The notes: generated by a model from the sequence alone, not told the origin. 64,000 bases of DNA from an uncultured Synergistaceae bacterium (GCA_964521575.1 CAZFSR010000001.1:368470-432469); one strand, 5' to 3'; counted from the first letter of the stretch, positions 42,760 to 52,545 are shown. Numbers and translations are program-made.

Positions 42760-44072
42760 AAAGAAGGGTTTTGCTGCTTGGTTTCGTGTTTCTGCTTTCC
42801 CTTTTCATGCGTGCCGATGCGGGCGTGATCCGTTCGGAGAAGGCCGACGAATGGGGAGGGATGGCCGGCCTCGGGAAGAAATCCTTCCGCTTCGTGGTGT
42901 TTGGAGACACCCAGCCGCTGGGTCCCGGCAGGGCTCTTTCACCTCTCGTGGAGAGGTTGTTGACGGAAGCTTCCTGGCTCGGGCCGGATTTCGTCATCCA
43001 CCTGGGAGACTCCGTCTCCGGCTACGGGGATTCGCTGGAGGAGGCCCGGACCGGATTTTCCGCCCTGAAGGAAAAAATCGACCGGCTGCTGCCTGGCGTT
43101 CCGTTTTTCGCCGTGCCGGGCAACCATGACCAGGCGACTCCCGGAGCGCTGGCAGCCTACCGCGAAACCTTCGGGTCGCTGCTCTACTACGATTTTCCCT
43201 ACGGCAACGCCCGTTTCGTGATCCTCAACGGCAACTTCCCGGCCTGGATGGCCCCCAAGGGGAAAGACTACGGATTTTTCAACCTGAACGACGGCATGCA
43301 TGTCCTGCCCATGGCCGACTGGGCGAACGAGGCCTTCAGCCGGGGTGGGAAACTTCTTTTCGTCTTCCTCCACACTCCGCCCTTCCCGGCGTATACGCCG
43401 CCTCCCGGCAAAGGAACCCACGGTTTCCTCACGACGGCCAACCGCGACGCCTTTGTCGCCGCGTTGCCGAAGGGCAGGACCAGGGCGGTGTTCTCCGGTC
43501 ACGAGCACCTCTTCTACGTGGAGGAACACGGAGGGATCAAGTTCTTCACCGTCGGCACGGGAGGGGGGCCTCTTTCCGGCCCTGTGACGGGACCCGCAGG
43601 GGTCAATGCGGGAATTCCCCCGAAATTCAACCTGCTGAAGGGGGATCCCGATATCGACCGTGGAGGGGGGTATTCGAAAGGACTTTTCCGATCGGGCGCT
43701 CTCGGTATCTTTGGCTTCCTGGTCGTGAAGGTGGACGGGGACAAGGTGGCCTATGAGTTCGCGGTTCCCTTTACCCTGGAAGTTTCGTACCCGGAGGGAA
43801 ACGACGGGATGTCGGCGACGGCGCATGCCGTCCTGGAAAACCGCGGACGTTTCGTCCAGGTCCTGAAGGGGGTGACTTTCCTGATGCCCGTTTCTCCCGG
43901 GGGGTACGCCCTGAAGTCCACGGCCAGGAACGGGGACCGGACGGTCGTCGAGCTGGGGCCGGTTCCCGAAGTGCTGGAAACAGTTCCCGCGGATCCCGGG
44001 AAGGTTTTCGTGCGGGTCCAGGTGACGGTGCCTCCTGCCATGGCCATCGATCTCCGGATCGAGGCGAAATAA
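42756..44072 (+). CDS. Secreted calcineurin-like metallophosphoesterase
   Basis: 438 aa. Signal peptide MKRRVLLLGFVFLLSLFMRADA. Motifs VVFGDTQ, HLGDSV, VPGNHD and SGHEHLF. The track shows it only as the tail of ORF 41679..44072. Confidence 0.85.
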   Translation: MKRRVLLLGFVFLLSLFMRADAGVIRSEKADEWGGMAGLGKKSFRFVVFGDTQPLGPGRALSPLVERLLTEASWLGPDFVIHLGDSVSGYGDSLEEARTGFSALKEKIDRLLPGVPFFAVPGNHDQATPGALAAYRETFGSLLYYDFPYGNARFVILNGNFPAWMAPKGKDYGFFNLNDGMHVLPMADWANEAFSRGGKLLFVFLHTPPFPAYTPPPGKGTHGFLTTANRDAFVAALPKGRTRAVFSGHEHLFYVEEHGGIKFFTVGTGGGPLSGPVTGPAGVNAGIPPKFNLLKGDPDIDRGGGYSKGLFRSGALGIFGFLVVKVDGDKVAYEFAVPFTLEVSYPEGNDGMSATAHAVLENRGRFVQVLKGVTFLMPVSPGGYALKSTARNGDRTVVELGPVPEVLETVPADPGKVFVRVQVTVPPAMAIDLRIEAK

Positions 44073-44077
44073 AGGCA

Positions 44078-44104
44078 GAGACCCCCTTTCGGGGGCCTCT
44101 TTTC
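44078..44104 (+). terminator. Intrinsic terminator after the metallophosphoesterase gene
   Basis: GAGACCCCC TTTC GGGGGCCTC (one mismatch) followed by TTTT. Confidence 0.6.
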
Positions 44105-44170
44105 CGTTAGCCAGGCCTTGCCGGCGGGACTTGCGCCCCGAAACGGGGACTGCCGGCCGGGCAGGGCGGG

Positions 44171-44356
44171 CTAGAAACCTTCGGCCGAAAAGCGGGGCGA
44201 AGCGCTTTTCAGCATCTGCTCGAGGGTGACCTGCCTGCGAAGCTCGGGATTTTTCCGGGACAGGTCGCCATCGCAAAGGCGTTCGATCTGGTGCGCGGAA
44301 AGCCGCGAAGGATGGAGTCCGCTTCTTCTGCCGAGGAAAGAAAGGATTCGTTTCAT
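44171..44356 (-). CDS. Hypothetical small protein (61 aa)
   Basis: MKRILSFLGRRSGLHPSRLSAHQIERLCDGDL.... ATG lies 9 nt after GAGGAGG. No family recognised. Confidence 0.4.
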   Translation of the reverse strand: MKRILSFLGRRSGLHPSRLSAHQIERLCDGDLSRKNPELRRQVTLEQMLKSASPRFSAEGF

Positions 44357-44446
44357 ACGGTAAGCCTCCTCGATAAATGATGACATAGAGAAATCTATCG
44401 AGGCCTATGATGACATGGAGCGGATGATTTGTCAACTATATGTATT

Positions 44447-45160
44447 CTATCCAGTGATCCCGCTATCTTTTAGTTCGGAAAGCTGTCCCAGGGCCTCTTC
44501 CAGGTGCCGCCTGAGGGCCCCCATGGCTCCTTCGGGATCCTTCCGGGCAATCGAATCCACAAGGAGCTCGTGCTCTTCCAGGATTTTTCCCGACATGCCC
44601 GAGTAGCGCAGCAGGAGCCCACGGCTCGTGACGATCTGTTTTTCCATCGTCGAAGTCAACCCTTCGTAAACGCGCGTGAGGACGGGGTTATGGGCGGCGC
44701 CGACCACAAGTGCGTGCAGGAGGGAGTCCCACGTGGCTCCCGAGGAGGCTCCCCCGTCAGGGGAGGAGTGGACTTCTTCCAGGTGTTTCACGCATTTTCG
44801 CATCTGTTCCAGTTCGCCTTCCGTCCTCCGCCGGGCTGCGAGACCGGCCGCCGGCACCTCGACGACCAGGCGCATCTCCATCAGGTGGATGAGAAGTTCC
44901 TCCGGCCACAGGGACAGCGTCTTCAGGCTCACGGCGAAATCCTCGCTCCGCAGGGCCTTGACGAAGATCCCCTGCCTTTCCCTTACTTCCAGTACCCCGA
45001 GCGCTTCCAGCGTGATGACGGCTTCCCTGAGCAGGGTTCGGCTGACCCCCATCTCCCGCGCCAGGTCCCGCTCCGGCGGGAGTTTCCCGCCGGGAAAGCG
45101 GCCCGGGTCGTCGACCCATTCCGAGAGTTTGCGGACAACCTCTCCTCTCTTCCCTTCCAT
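44447..45160 (-). CDS. GntR-family transcriptional regulator (FadR/FCD subfamily)
   Basis: 237 aa. HTH LPPERDLAREMGVSRTLLREAVITLEALGVL and a helical C-terminal FCD-like domain. Divergent from dctP. Confidence 0.85.
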   Translation of the reverse strand: MEGKRGEVVRKLSEWVDDPGRFPGGKLPPERDLAREMGVSRTLLREAVITLEALGVLEVRERQGIFVKALRSEDFAVSLKTLSLWPEELLIHLMEMRLVVEVPAAGLAARRRTEGELEQMRKCVKHLEEVHSSPDGGASSGATWDSLLHALVVGAAHNPVLTRVYEGLTSTMEKQIVTSRGLLLRYSGMSGKILEEHELLVDSIARKDPEGAMGALRRHLEEALGQLSELKDSGITG

Positions 45161-45241
45161 CGAAATCCTCCTCGTTAACAGAAAAACAATATCCAGGCCC
45201 CTTTCACGTCAACAAAGCTAATGATAAACTATCTTTCGTAG

Positions 45242-45270
45242 AATTGGTAGGTCCTTGGTTGGACCAAATT
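45242..45270 (+). promoter_or_regulatory. Candidate GntR-type operator in the dctP 5-prime region
   Basis: Imperfect inverted repeat AATTGGTAGGTCC-TTGGTT-GGACCAAATT (GGTCC/GGACC core, TTGGT...ACCAA arms). Ends 3 nt before the dctP RBS. Confidence 0.3.
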
Positions 45271-45287
45271 CAAGGAGGTGTGCAGTG

Positions 45288-46256
45288 ATGAAAAGGTTTT
45301 TTTCCGTTTTCCTGGTGGCGCTGTTCCTGCTCTCCATGGCCGCGTCCGCGTTCGCCCTGGAGATCAAGCTGGCCCACGTCGTGAACGAGAAGGACTCGTT
45401 CCACCTGGCTGCCGAGAAGTTCAAGGCCCTGACCGAGAAGTACACGAACGGCTCGGTGACGGTCACGATCTTCCCCAACGCCAAGCTCGGCGACGAGAGG
45501 ACGCTGCTCGAGCGCATGAAGATGGGCATCGTCGACGCGGGGATCATCACGAACGGGCCCATCATCAACTTCGTTCCCCGTTTCGGGGCCATCGACCTGC
45601 CTTTCCTTTTCAGGAGCCCGGAGCACGCCTACAAGGTCCTTGACGGGCCGATCGGCAACCTGCTGTTCGCCGACCTGGAGAAGCAGGGGTGGAAGGGGCT
45701 GGCCTGGGCCGAGCGCGGATTCCGTAACCTGACCAACAGCAAGAAGGACGTGAACTCTCCAGACGACATCAAGGGCCTGAAGATCCGCGTCATGCAGAAC
45801 CCGGTTTACGTCGATTCATTCAAGGCTCTCGGCGCCAACGCCGTGCCCATGGCCTGGACCGAAGCCCTCACGGCCCTCCAGCAGGGAACCATCGACGGCC
45901 AGGAGAACCCTCTCAACGTCATCGTGGCCTTCAAGCTGAACGAAAGCCAGAAATACATGTCCATTACCCGTCATGCCTACGCCCCGGCCCCGATCCTCAT
46001 GAGCATGGTCACGTGGAAGAAGCTCAACCCCGAACAGCAGAAGGCCGTCCTGAAGGCCGCCCAGGAAGCCGCCGTCTACGAACGGGCTTTCAACAACGCC
46101 AGCGAGAAGCTGTGGGTGAAGGAACTGGAGAGCAAGGGAATGAAGGTCACGACTCCCGACCTGAAGCCTTTCCTCGCGGCCGTGAAGCCGGTTTACGACA
46201 CCTATACCCCGAAATTCGGGAAGGATTTCATCGCGGCGATCCAGAACACCAAGTAG
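45288..46256 (+). CDS. dctP: TRAP transporter substrate-binding protein
   Basis: 322 aa from the ATG after AAGGAGG. Signal peptide MKRFFSVFLVALFLLSMAASAFA. DctP-family motifs (IKLAHVVNEKDS..., RGFRNLTN). Confidence 0.9.
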   Translation: MKRFFSVFLVALFLLSMAASAFALEIKLAHVVNEKDSFHLAAEKFKALTEKYTNGSVTVTIFPNAKLGDERTLLERMKMGIVDAGIITNGPIINFVPRFGAIDLPFLFRSPEHAYKVLDGPIGNLLFADLEKQGWKGLAWAERGFRNLTNSKKDVNSPDDIKGLKIRVMQNPVYVDSFKALGANAVPMAWTEALTALQQGTIDGQENPLNVIVAFKLNESQKYMSITRHAYAPAPILMSMVTWKKLNPEQQKAVLKAAQEAAVYERAFNNASEKLWVKELESKGMKVTTPDLKPFLAAVKPVYDTYTPKFGKDFIAAIQNTK

Positions 46257-46265
46257 GTGTAAACC

Positions 46266-46775
46266 TTGAACGGGACAACGCAACAGGAGGGGGCTTCCCG
46301 CCCCCTCCTGCAAGTTCTCAGCGATTCGGTGAACCGGCTTAGCGAACGTCTTCTGTTCTTCCTGATGCTCCTGATGATCGGCGTGACGACGGCCCAGGTG
46401 TTCTTCCGCTTCTTTTTCGAAGCCCTCACCTGGTCGGAGGAACTCTCCTGCTTTCTCCTCGTGCTGGCTTCCCTCCTGGGGGCTGCAGTGGCCTTCAAGC
46501 GGGGCAGCCACATCGCCGTGACTTTCGTGACGCAGAAGCTTCCGCCGAGCCTGCAGAAAGGGACGGCGACCCTCGTGAACCTGCTCGGGATCCTCTTTTT
46601 CGCCATCGTGGCGTATTACGGTGCGGTCCTCATGAAAACCGAGGCGAGCCAGACCACTCCCGCCATGATGATCTCCATGTCATGGATCTACGCGATGTAC
46701 CCGGTCCTGGGGGCGGTCATCATCCTCCACCTCGCCGCAGGCATGGGTGAGATCCTGAAGGGAGGGCGTTCCTGA
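46266..46775 (+). CDS. dctQ: TRAP transporter small permease
   Basis: 169 aa with 4 TM segments. Stop/start overlap with dctM. Confidence 0.85.
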   Translation: MNGTTQQEGASRPLLQVLSDSVNRLSERLLFFLMLLMIGVTTAQVFFRFFFEALTWSEELSCFLLVLASLLGAAVAFKRGSHIAVTFVTQKLPPSLQKGTATLVNLLGILFFAIVAYYGAVLMKTEASQTTPAMMISMSWIYAMYPVLGAVIILHLAAGMGEILKGGRS

Positions 46776-48058
46776 TGGGCTGGGTTATCTTCGGGTCCTT
46801 CTTCCTCCTGATGCTCATCGGGGTTCCCATCGGCCTTTCCATCGGGCTCGCGGCCCTCGTCGTCTTCCTGGTGAGCGGGATTCCGCTGCAAATGGTTCCC
46901 CAGACGCTCCTGGAAGGAAACAATTCCTTCGCCCTCGTGGCGGTTCCCTTCTTCGTCCTTGCGGGTGACATCCTGGCCAGGGGCGGAATTTCCGAGCGCA
47001 TCGTCGCGTTTGCGGAAGCCACCCTGGGGCGGATCCGGGGCGGGCTTTCCATCGTGTCGGTCCTGGCGTCCATGTTCATCGCGGCGATCTCTGGTTCCGG
47101 CGCGGCCACGACGGCTGCCGTCGGATCGGCGCTTTTGCCCGAACTCAAAACGAAAAAATACGACGTCGATTTTTCCGCGGCCCTCATCGCCTCCGCGGGC
47201 ACGATCGGGGTGGTCATTCCGCCCAGCGTCCCGATGGTCCTTTACGCGGTCATCGCCGGGGAGTCCGTCGCCAAGCTTTTCATGGCCGGCTTCATCCCCG
47301 GTGCCCTCATGGGAGGCGGGCTCATCGCCTATGCCCTGTGGATCGCCAACAGGAGGGGCTACCCGGCGGGTGAAAAGCTGCCGGGTGCGGAGGTGGGGAG
47401 ACGTTTCGTCTCGGCCCTCTGGGGGCTGATGACGCCGGTCATCATCCTGGGAGGCATCTTCACGGGCGTGTTCACCCCGTCCGAGGCGGCGGCCATCGCG
47501 GTGGATTACACGCTCCTGGTTGCCTGGCTGGTCTACAGGTCGCTGGACTTCAAGAAGTTCTACGAACTCGTGGTCAACGCGGGCGTCACCTCCGCCCTGA
47601 TCATGTTCATCATCGCCACGGCGAAGCTGTTCGGCTGGGGGCTGGCCTTCTACCAGATCCCGGAGGCCATCGCGCAGACCCTCATGTCGGTCGCGGGCAA
47701 CAACACCTTCATGATCTACCTGATGATCAACGTCATCATCCTGCTCGCCGGGATGTTCATGGAGACGGCCTCGGCCCTGATCATCCTCACGCCGATCTTT
47801 CTTCCGGCGATCCTTGGGATCGGCGGGAACCTCATCCACTTTGGCCTCCTGATCACCGTCGGCCTGGCGATCGGGATGGCGACCCCGCCGGTGGCGATCG
47901 ACATCTACGTGGCCAGCGCCATAACGGGGCTTTCCATGGAAGAGGTCAGCAAGCCGATCCTGCCGATGGTCCTGATCCTGGTCGCGGTCCTGTTCATTTG
48001 CACCTATGTCCCGTCGCTTGTCCTGATGCTGCCCCGGCTGTTCATGGCGGGCGTCTGA
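46775..48058 (+). CDS. dctM: TRAP transporter large permease
   Basis: 427 aa, polytopic. DctM-type N-terminus and PFFVLAGDILARGGIS motif. Confidence 0.9.
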   Translation: MGWVIFGSFFLLMLIGVPIGLSIGLAALVVFLVSGIPLQMVPQTLLEGNNSFALVAVPFFVLAGDILARGGISERIVAFAEATLGRIRGGLSIVSVLASMFIAAISGSGAATTAAVGSALLPELKTKKYDVDFSAALIASAGTIGVVIPPSVPMVLYAVIAGESVAKLFMAGFIPGALMGGGLIAYALWIANRRGYPAGEKLPGAEVGRRFVSALWGLMTPVIILGGIFTGVFTPSEAAAIAVDYTLLVAWLVYRSLDFKKFYELVVNAGVTSALIMFIIATAKLFGWGLAFYQIPEAIAQTLMSVAGNNTFMIYLMINVIILLAGMFMETASALIILTPIFLPAILGIGGNLIHFGLLITVGLAIGMATPPVAIDIYVASAITGLSMEEVSKPILPMVLILVAVLFICTYVPSLVLMLPRLFMAGV

Positions 48059-48084
48059 TTTCGAGAAAGGAAGCGTGAGAAAGA

Positions 48085-49755
48085 ATGAGAAGCGACAGTG
48101 CCAAGAAAGGCATCGAGCGGGCTCCGCACCGCTCCCTCATGAAGGCTTCGGGCTATACCGACTGGGAGATCGAACGCCCGTGGGTCGGGGTGGTCAACGC
48201 CTACAACGCGATCATTCCCGGGCATGTCCACCTGAACCGCCTGGCCGCCGCCGTCAAGGCGGGTGTCTACGCCGCCGGGGGACTGCCCATCGAATTTCCC
48301 GTTATCGGGGTTTGCGATGGAATCGCCATGAACCACGCCGGGATGAAGTTCTCCCTCCCGAGCCGCGAGTTGATCATGGATTCCATCGAGGTCATGGCGG
48401 AGGGGCATGCCCTGGACGCCCTCGTCATGGTGACGAACTGCGACAAGATCATCCCGGGGATGGCGATGGCCGCCGCCCGTTTGAACATCCCCACCGTCGT
48501 CATCAGCGGAGGTCCCATGATGGCAGGACTCCTGAAAGGACGGGAGGTGGACCTCAACACGGTCTTCGAGACGGTCGGCAAGTGCATCGCCGGCAGTGCG
48601 ACAGAGGAGGAGCTGGCGGAGGTCGAGAACGCGGCCTGCCCCGGCTGCGGTTCTTGCGCGGGGATGTTCACGGCCAACACGATGAACTGCATGATGGAGG
48701 CCCTGGGGCTCGCGCTGCCGGGCAACGGCACGATCCCGGCCGTCCTGGCCGAGCGGGAGCGCCTGGCCAAGGATGCGGGACGGGCCATCATGACCCTTCT
48801 CGAGAAAAACATCCGGCCGCGTGACATCCTCACGAAGGAAGCCTTCGAGAACGCCGTCTCCGTGGACCTGGCCCTCGGCGGGTCCACGAACACGGCCCTT
48901 CACCTGCCGGCCATCGCTCACGCCGCCGGTCTCGAACTGCCCCTGGACCTTTTCAACTCGATCGGGCAGAAGGTTCCCCATCTCTGCAGCATGAGCCCGG
49001 CGGGGCCTCACCACATCCAGGATCTTTACCGTGCAGGCGGGGTGCAGGCCGTGATGTCCCGGCTTTCCGAAAAAGGGCTCATCGAGGGCAGCTGCATCAC
49101 CGCCACGGGGCGGACCGTCTCGGAAAACCTCAGGAAGGCCTCCGTGCAGGACGACACCGTGATCAGGCCACTAGAGAACCCCTACCATGCTCAGGGGGGA
49201 CTCGCCTTCATCAAGGGTTCCCTCGCTCCTGGCGGAGGCATCGTCAAGCAGTCCGCCGTGTCGGAGGAGATGCTGCGCCATACGGGCCCGGCACGGGTTT
49301 TCGACGGGGAGGAAGCGGCTTTCAAGGCGATCCGCGGACAACAGATCAGGCCTGGCGACGTGATCGTGATCCGGTATGAGGGGCCAAAGGGGGGCCCGGG
49401 GATGCGGGAAATGCTCACCCCCACATCCTCCCTTGCCGGAATGGGCTTGGACAAGTCGGTTGCCTTGATTACCGACGGCCGGTTTTCCGGGGCAAGCCGG
49501 GGTGCGGCCATTGGGCACGTTTCCCCTGAAGCGGCCGCGGGGGGGCCCATCGCCCTGGTCCGCGAGGGGGACACCATCTCCATCGACATTCCCGGGAAAC
49601 GCCTGGATCTTTTGGTGGACGAAGCGGAGCTGGAGCGCAGGAAGGCGGAGTGGAAGCCCTGGGTACAGCCTGTCCAGAGCGCTTTCCTGAACCGCTACCG
49701 GGCCTTCGTGACATCGGGGGTGACCGGCGCGGTCCTTCAGGATGGGCACGAATAG
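48085..49755 (+). CDS. ilvD: Dihydroxy-acid dehydratase (IlvD/Edd family)
   Basis: 556 aa. [44 protein letters not shown] (Fe-S ligands) and [11 protein letters not shown]. Starts 26 nt after dctM. Confidence 0.9.
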   Translation: MRSDSAKKGIERAPHRSLMKASGYTDWEIERPWVGVVNAYNAIIPGHVHLNRLAAAVKAGVYAAGGLPIEFPVIGVCDGIAMNHAGMKFSLPSRELIMDSIEVMAEGHALDALVMVTNCDKIIPGMAMAAARLNIPTVVISGGPMMAGLLKGREVDLNTVFETVGKCIAGSATEEELAEVENAACPGCGSCAGMFTANTMNCMMEALGLALPGNGTIPAVLAERERLAKDAGRAIMTLLEKNIRPRDILTKEAFENAVSVDLALGGSTNTALHLPAIAHAAGLELPLDLFNSIGQKVPHLCSMSPAGPHHIQDLYRAGGVQAVMSRLSEKGLIEGSCITATGRTVSENLRKASVQDDTVIRPLENPYHAQGGLAFIKGSLAPGGGIVKQSAVSEEMLRHTGPARVFDGEEAAFKAIRGQQIRPGDVIVIRYEGPKGGPGMREMLTPTSSLAGMGLDKSVALITDGRFSGASRGAAIGHVSPEAAAGGPIALVREGDTISIDIPGKRLDLLVDEAELERRKAEWKPWVQPVQSAFLNRYRAFVTSGVTGAVLQDGHE

Positions 49756-49775
49756 CGGGCAGTCCGCGAAAGTAA

Positions 49776-49810
49776 CGGGGGGGCCGCTTAGGCGGCCTCC
49801 CCGCTTTTTT
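49776..49810 (+). terminator. Intrinsic terminator after ilvD
   Basis: CGGGGGGGCCGC TTA GGCGGCCTCCCCG C TTTTTT. Confidence 0.75.
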
Positions 49811-49854
49811 GGGACCGGTCGGCGAGGGGGCTTACAATACGATCAGGCCGGGAG

Positions 49855-50415
49855 GTGGTCTTCTTGGACGAAGCGAAAAAAGAAACACCGGTGCTGGAAA
49901 AGGGATTGCTCCAGGTCTACACGGGAAACGGCAAGGGAAAGACGACGGCTGCCCTGGGGTTGGCGCTCCGCATGGCGGGCCAGGGGGGACGGGTGGCCTT
50001 TATCCAGTTCATGAAGGGCTGGGATTTCTACGGGGAGATAGAGGGGCTGAAGAACCTCCCCGGCCTGCGTCACGAGAGAACCGGAACTCCCGATTACGTT
50101 TATCGCGGCCATGAAAGCCCCACCGACCGAAGCGAGGCTGAAAGGGGTTTCGAGCTGGCCCGTGAATGCATCGGCAGCGGTTCCTATGACCTGGTGGTGC
50201 TGGACGAGCTGAACGTCGTCCTGGATTATGGCCTTCTCGAAATCGAACCGGTCCTGGAGCTTTTCCGAAAACGCCCTGCCCACGTGGAAGTCCTCTCCAC
50301 GGGCAGGGGAGCGCCGCAGGCCCTGCTCGATGCCGCCGACCTCGTGACCGAGATGCGGGAGGTTCGGCATCCCTACACGAAGGGAGTCGTTTCCAGGCGG
50401 GGGATCGATTATTGA
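49855..50415 (+). CDS. cobO: Cob(I)yrinic acid a,c-diamide adenosyltransferase
   Basis: 186 aa with a GTG start after GGGAGG. P-loop YTGNGKGKTTAALG, VVLDELN and HPYTKGVVSRRGIDY, typical of CobA/CobO/BtuR. Confidence 0.9.
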   Translation: MVFLDEAKKETPVLEKGLLQVYTGNGKGKTTAALGLALRMAGQGGRVAFIQFMKGWDFYGEIEGLKNLPGLRHERTGTPDYVYRGHESPTDRSEAERGFELARECIGSGSYDLVVLDELNVVLDYGLLEIEPVLELFRKRPAHVEVLSTGRGAPQALLDAADLVTEMREVRHPYTKGVVSRRGIDY

Positions 50416-50435
50416 GGAGGAAAAAGCCGGGGGAT

Positions 50436-50479
50436 AAAAAGAGGGAGGGAACCGGCTTAGCCGGTTCCCTCCCTCTTTT
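50436..50479. terminator. Bidirectional intrinsic terminator between cobO and tctA
   Basis: AAAAA GAGGGAGGGAACCGG CTTAG CCGGTTCCCTCCCTC TTTT, a perfect 15-bp stem. Confidence 0.85.
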
Positions 50480-50489
50480 CCGATTAACG

Positions 50490-52016
50490 CTAATCGATGG
50501 GGATGTCCACCGATTTTTCCCGTTTCTTACGGGCGCGCCAGTCGGAGATGAAGGGCCACGCCAGGGAAAGGAAGGCTGCGATCAAAAGCCCGTTGGAGAT
50601 CCCGGAGCGGAAGAAAATCGAAAGCGACCCGTCCGAAAGCATGAGGGACTGGCGGAAGGACGACTCCATCGATGCGCCCACCACCGAGGCCAGGATGAGG
50701 GGCGCGGTCGGGACCTTGTATTTCTTCATCAGGTACCCCACGAAACCCAGGCCGACCAGGAGGTAGAAATCCATGATGCTGAAGTTGATCGTGTAGACCC
50801 CCAGGAAGGCGAGAACCACCACCAGGGGATAGAGAATTTTCGGGGGGATCGAAAGAACCCTCACCAGCAGGCCTGCAAGCGGAATGTTGATGAACGCGCA
50901 GGCGATATTCCCCAGGAACATGCTGGCGATGACGCCCCAGGCGACGTCCGGATGCTGCTCGAAAAGGAGGGGTCCGGGCTGAAGGCCCAGGATCAGGAGG
51001 GCGCCCAGCATGACGGCGGTCGTTCCGGATCCGGGGACCCCCAGGGTCATCATCGGGATCATGGCCCCGACCGAGCAGGAGTTGTTTGCCGCTTCCGGGG
51101 CGGCCAGGCCCTCGATGGCGCCCTTACCGAACTCCTCGGGGTGCTTCGAGATCTGCTTCTCGTTGTTGTAGGCCATCAGCGCCGCGATGGTTGCCCCTGC
51201 GCCGGGAAGAACCCCTACGAAGAACCCGACCGGGGTCTGCCGCAGGATCGGGCCGATGCTGCGTTTCCACTGGGCCATGGAGATCCAGATCCTGCCGAAC
51301 TTGGTCTGGACCGGCCGGGTAATCTGCTGGGCGATATGCTCAAGGTTGACGAAGACCTCGCTGATCCCGTAGATGCCGATGATGACGACCACGAAGTCGA
51401 TTCCCATCTGGAGCTCGACTGATCCGAAGGTGAAGCGCGGCACGCCGGACTGGAAGTCCAGTCCCACCGTGGTGAGCATCAGGCCGAGGACAAGGGAAAT
51501 GACGCCCTTGAGCAGGGCTTCCTTGGAAATGGCGGCCGTTGCCGCCAGGGCGAAGACCATCAGGCAGAAATACTCGGGCGGCCCGAAACGAAGGGCGAAC
51601 CGGGCCACCGGCAGGGCGACGAGGACGAAGGCGATCGTGGCGATGAGGCCGCCGATGAACGAGGCGATTGCCGAGATGGCCAGGGCGGCTTCCGCCTGGC
51701 CGTTTCGCGCCATGGGGTAACCGTCGAAGCAGGAGGCGACGGCTGCCCCGTCACCGGGGACGTTCAGGAGGATGGAGCTCCGCGAACCGCCGAACATGGC
51801 CCCGTAGTAGATGGCGGCCATGGCGATCAGGGCCGTGTCGGGGCGCATCCCGAAGGTCATGGGCAGAAGCAGGGCAATGCCCGTGGAGGGTCCAAGCCCC
51901 GGCAGCATCCCCAGGACGGTCCCCAGGATGGAGCCGCCGAGCAGCCAGATCAGGTTCAGGGGGGTCAGGGCGACGGCGAAGCCTTGCATCAGGTGATTGA
52001 AAATTTCCATGTCCAA
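50490..52016 (-). CDS. tctA: Tripartite tricarboxylate transporter permease
   Basis: 508 aa, polytopic. TctA-type N-terminus (MLPGLGPSTGIALLLP). Confidence 0.9.
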   Translation of the reverse strand: MDMEIFNHLMQGFAVALTPLNLIWLLGGSILGTVLGMLPGLGPSTGIALLLPMTFGMRPDTALIAMAAIYYGAMFGGSRSSILLNVPGDGAAVASCFDGYPMARNGQAEAALAISAIASFIGGLIATIAFVLVALPVARFALRFGPPEYFCLMVFALAATAAISKEALLKGVISLVLGLMLTTVGLDFQSGVPRFTFGSVELQMGIDFVVVIIGIYGISEVFVNLEHIAQQITRPVQTKFGRIWISMAQWKRSIGPILRQTPVGFFVGVLPGAGATIAALMAYNNEKQISKHPEEFGKGAIEGLAAPEAANNSCSVGAMIPMMTLGVPGSGTTAVMLGALLILGLQPGPLLFEQHPDVAWGVIASMFLGNIACAFINIPLAGLLVRVLSIPPKILYPLVVVLAFLGVYTINFSIMDFYLLVGLGFVGYLMKKYKVPTAPLILASVVGASMESSFRQSLMLSDGSLSIFFRSGISNGLLIAAFLSLAWPFISDWRARKKREKSVDIPID

Positions 52017-52026
52017 CTCCCCTCCC

Positions 52027-52476
52027 CTACGGCAGGTTGATCTGGAAAAGCTTGACGAAGGTGTACCAGGCTCCGAAGGTGAAGCCCACTGTCAGGACCG
52101 TGTTGAGTTTCCAGGCCCTGGGGCCGTTGATCAAGAACAGGAGGGCACCCAGGAAGATCAGCGTGGAGAGGATGAAGCCCAGGTTTTCGAAAATCAGGGC
52201 ATAAAGGATGCAGAGAGCGGCCGCACCGAAAATCAGCTTGAGGCTGGAAGCCTGGAATTTTGGGCGCTTGACGCCTTCCAGGTTTGTCAGGCCCTTGCGG
52301 GCCTCGAGAACCACCATGAGAAGACCGAGGGCTGCCATGAGAACGCCCAGCCCGATGGGGAAATAGACGGGGGCCCAGGGGTTCCCGATCATGGCTTTCG
52401 GAAGGTGGAAAGCCTGGACCGCGTAGACGATGCCGACGAAGATGGCGGTGAATCCGACCAGTGCATTGGGTCGCAT
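52027..52476 (-). CDS. tctB: Tripartite tricarboxylate transporter small membrane protein
   Basis: 149 aa with 4 TM segments, located between tctC and tctA. Confidence 0.8.
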   Translation of the reverse strand: MRPNALVGFTAIFVGIVYAVQAFHLPKAMIGNPWAPVYFPIGLGVLMAALGLLMVVLEARKGLTNLEGVKRPKFQASSLKLIFGAAALCILYALIFENLGFILSTLIFLGALLFLINGPRAWKLNTVLTVGFTFGAWYTFVKLFQINLP

Positions 52477-52500
52477 GGGATCACTCCTTGAATTGAAAGG

Positions 52501-52530
52501 AGGGCGAGCCCGGCCTGACGGGCTCGCCCT
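52501..52530 (-). other. Intercistronic stem-loop between tctC and tctB
   Basis: AGGGCGAGCC (52501-52510) and GGCTCGCCCT (52521-52530) form a perfect 10-bp stem. No U-tract. Confidence 0.5.
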
Positions 52531-52545
52531 TGCAGGTCAAGTTTT

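Noticed and set aside
41679-44072. 797-aa ORF that looks like a large fusion protein
   Set aside because: Only the last 438 codons (from ATG 42756, with signal peptide and metallophosphoesterase motifs) are credible. The first ~360 codons are an out-of-frame overlap of the MFS transporter gene and are R/G/P-rich.
49811-49854. A further attenuator upstream of cobO, because a terminator precedes it closely
   Set aside because: The 45-nt gap contains a plausible TTGGGA-18-TACAAT promoter, and the hairpin is adequately explained as the ilvD terminator. There is no leader ORF.
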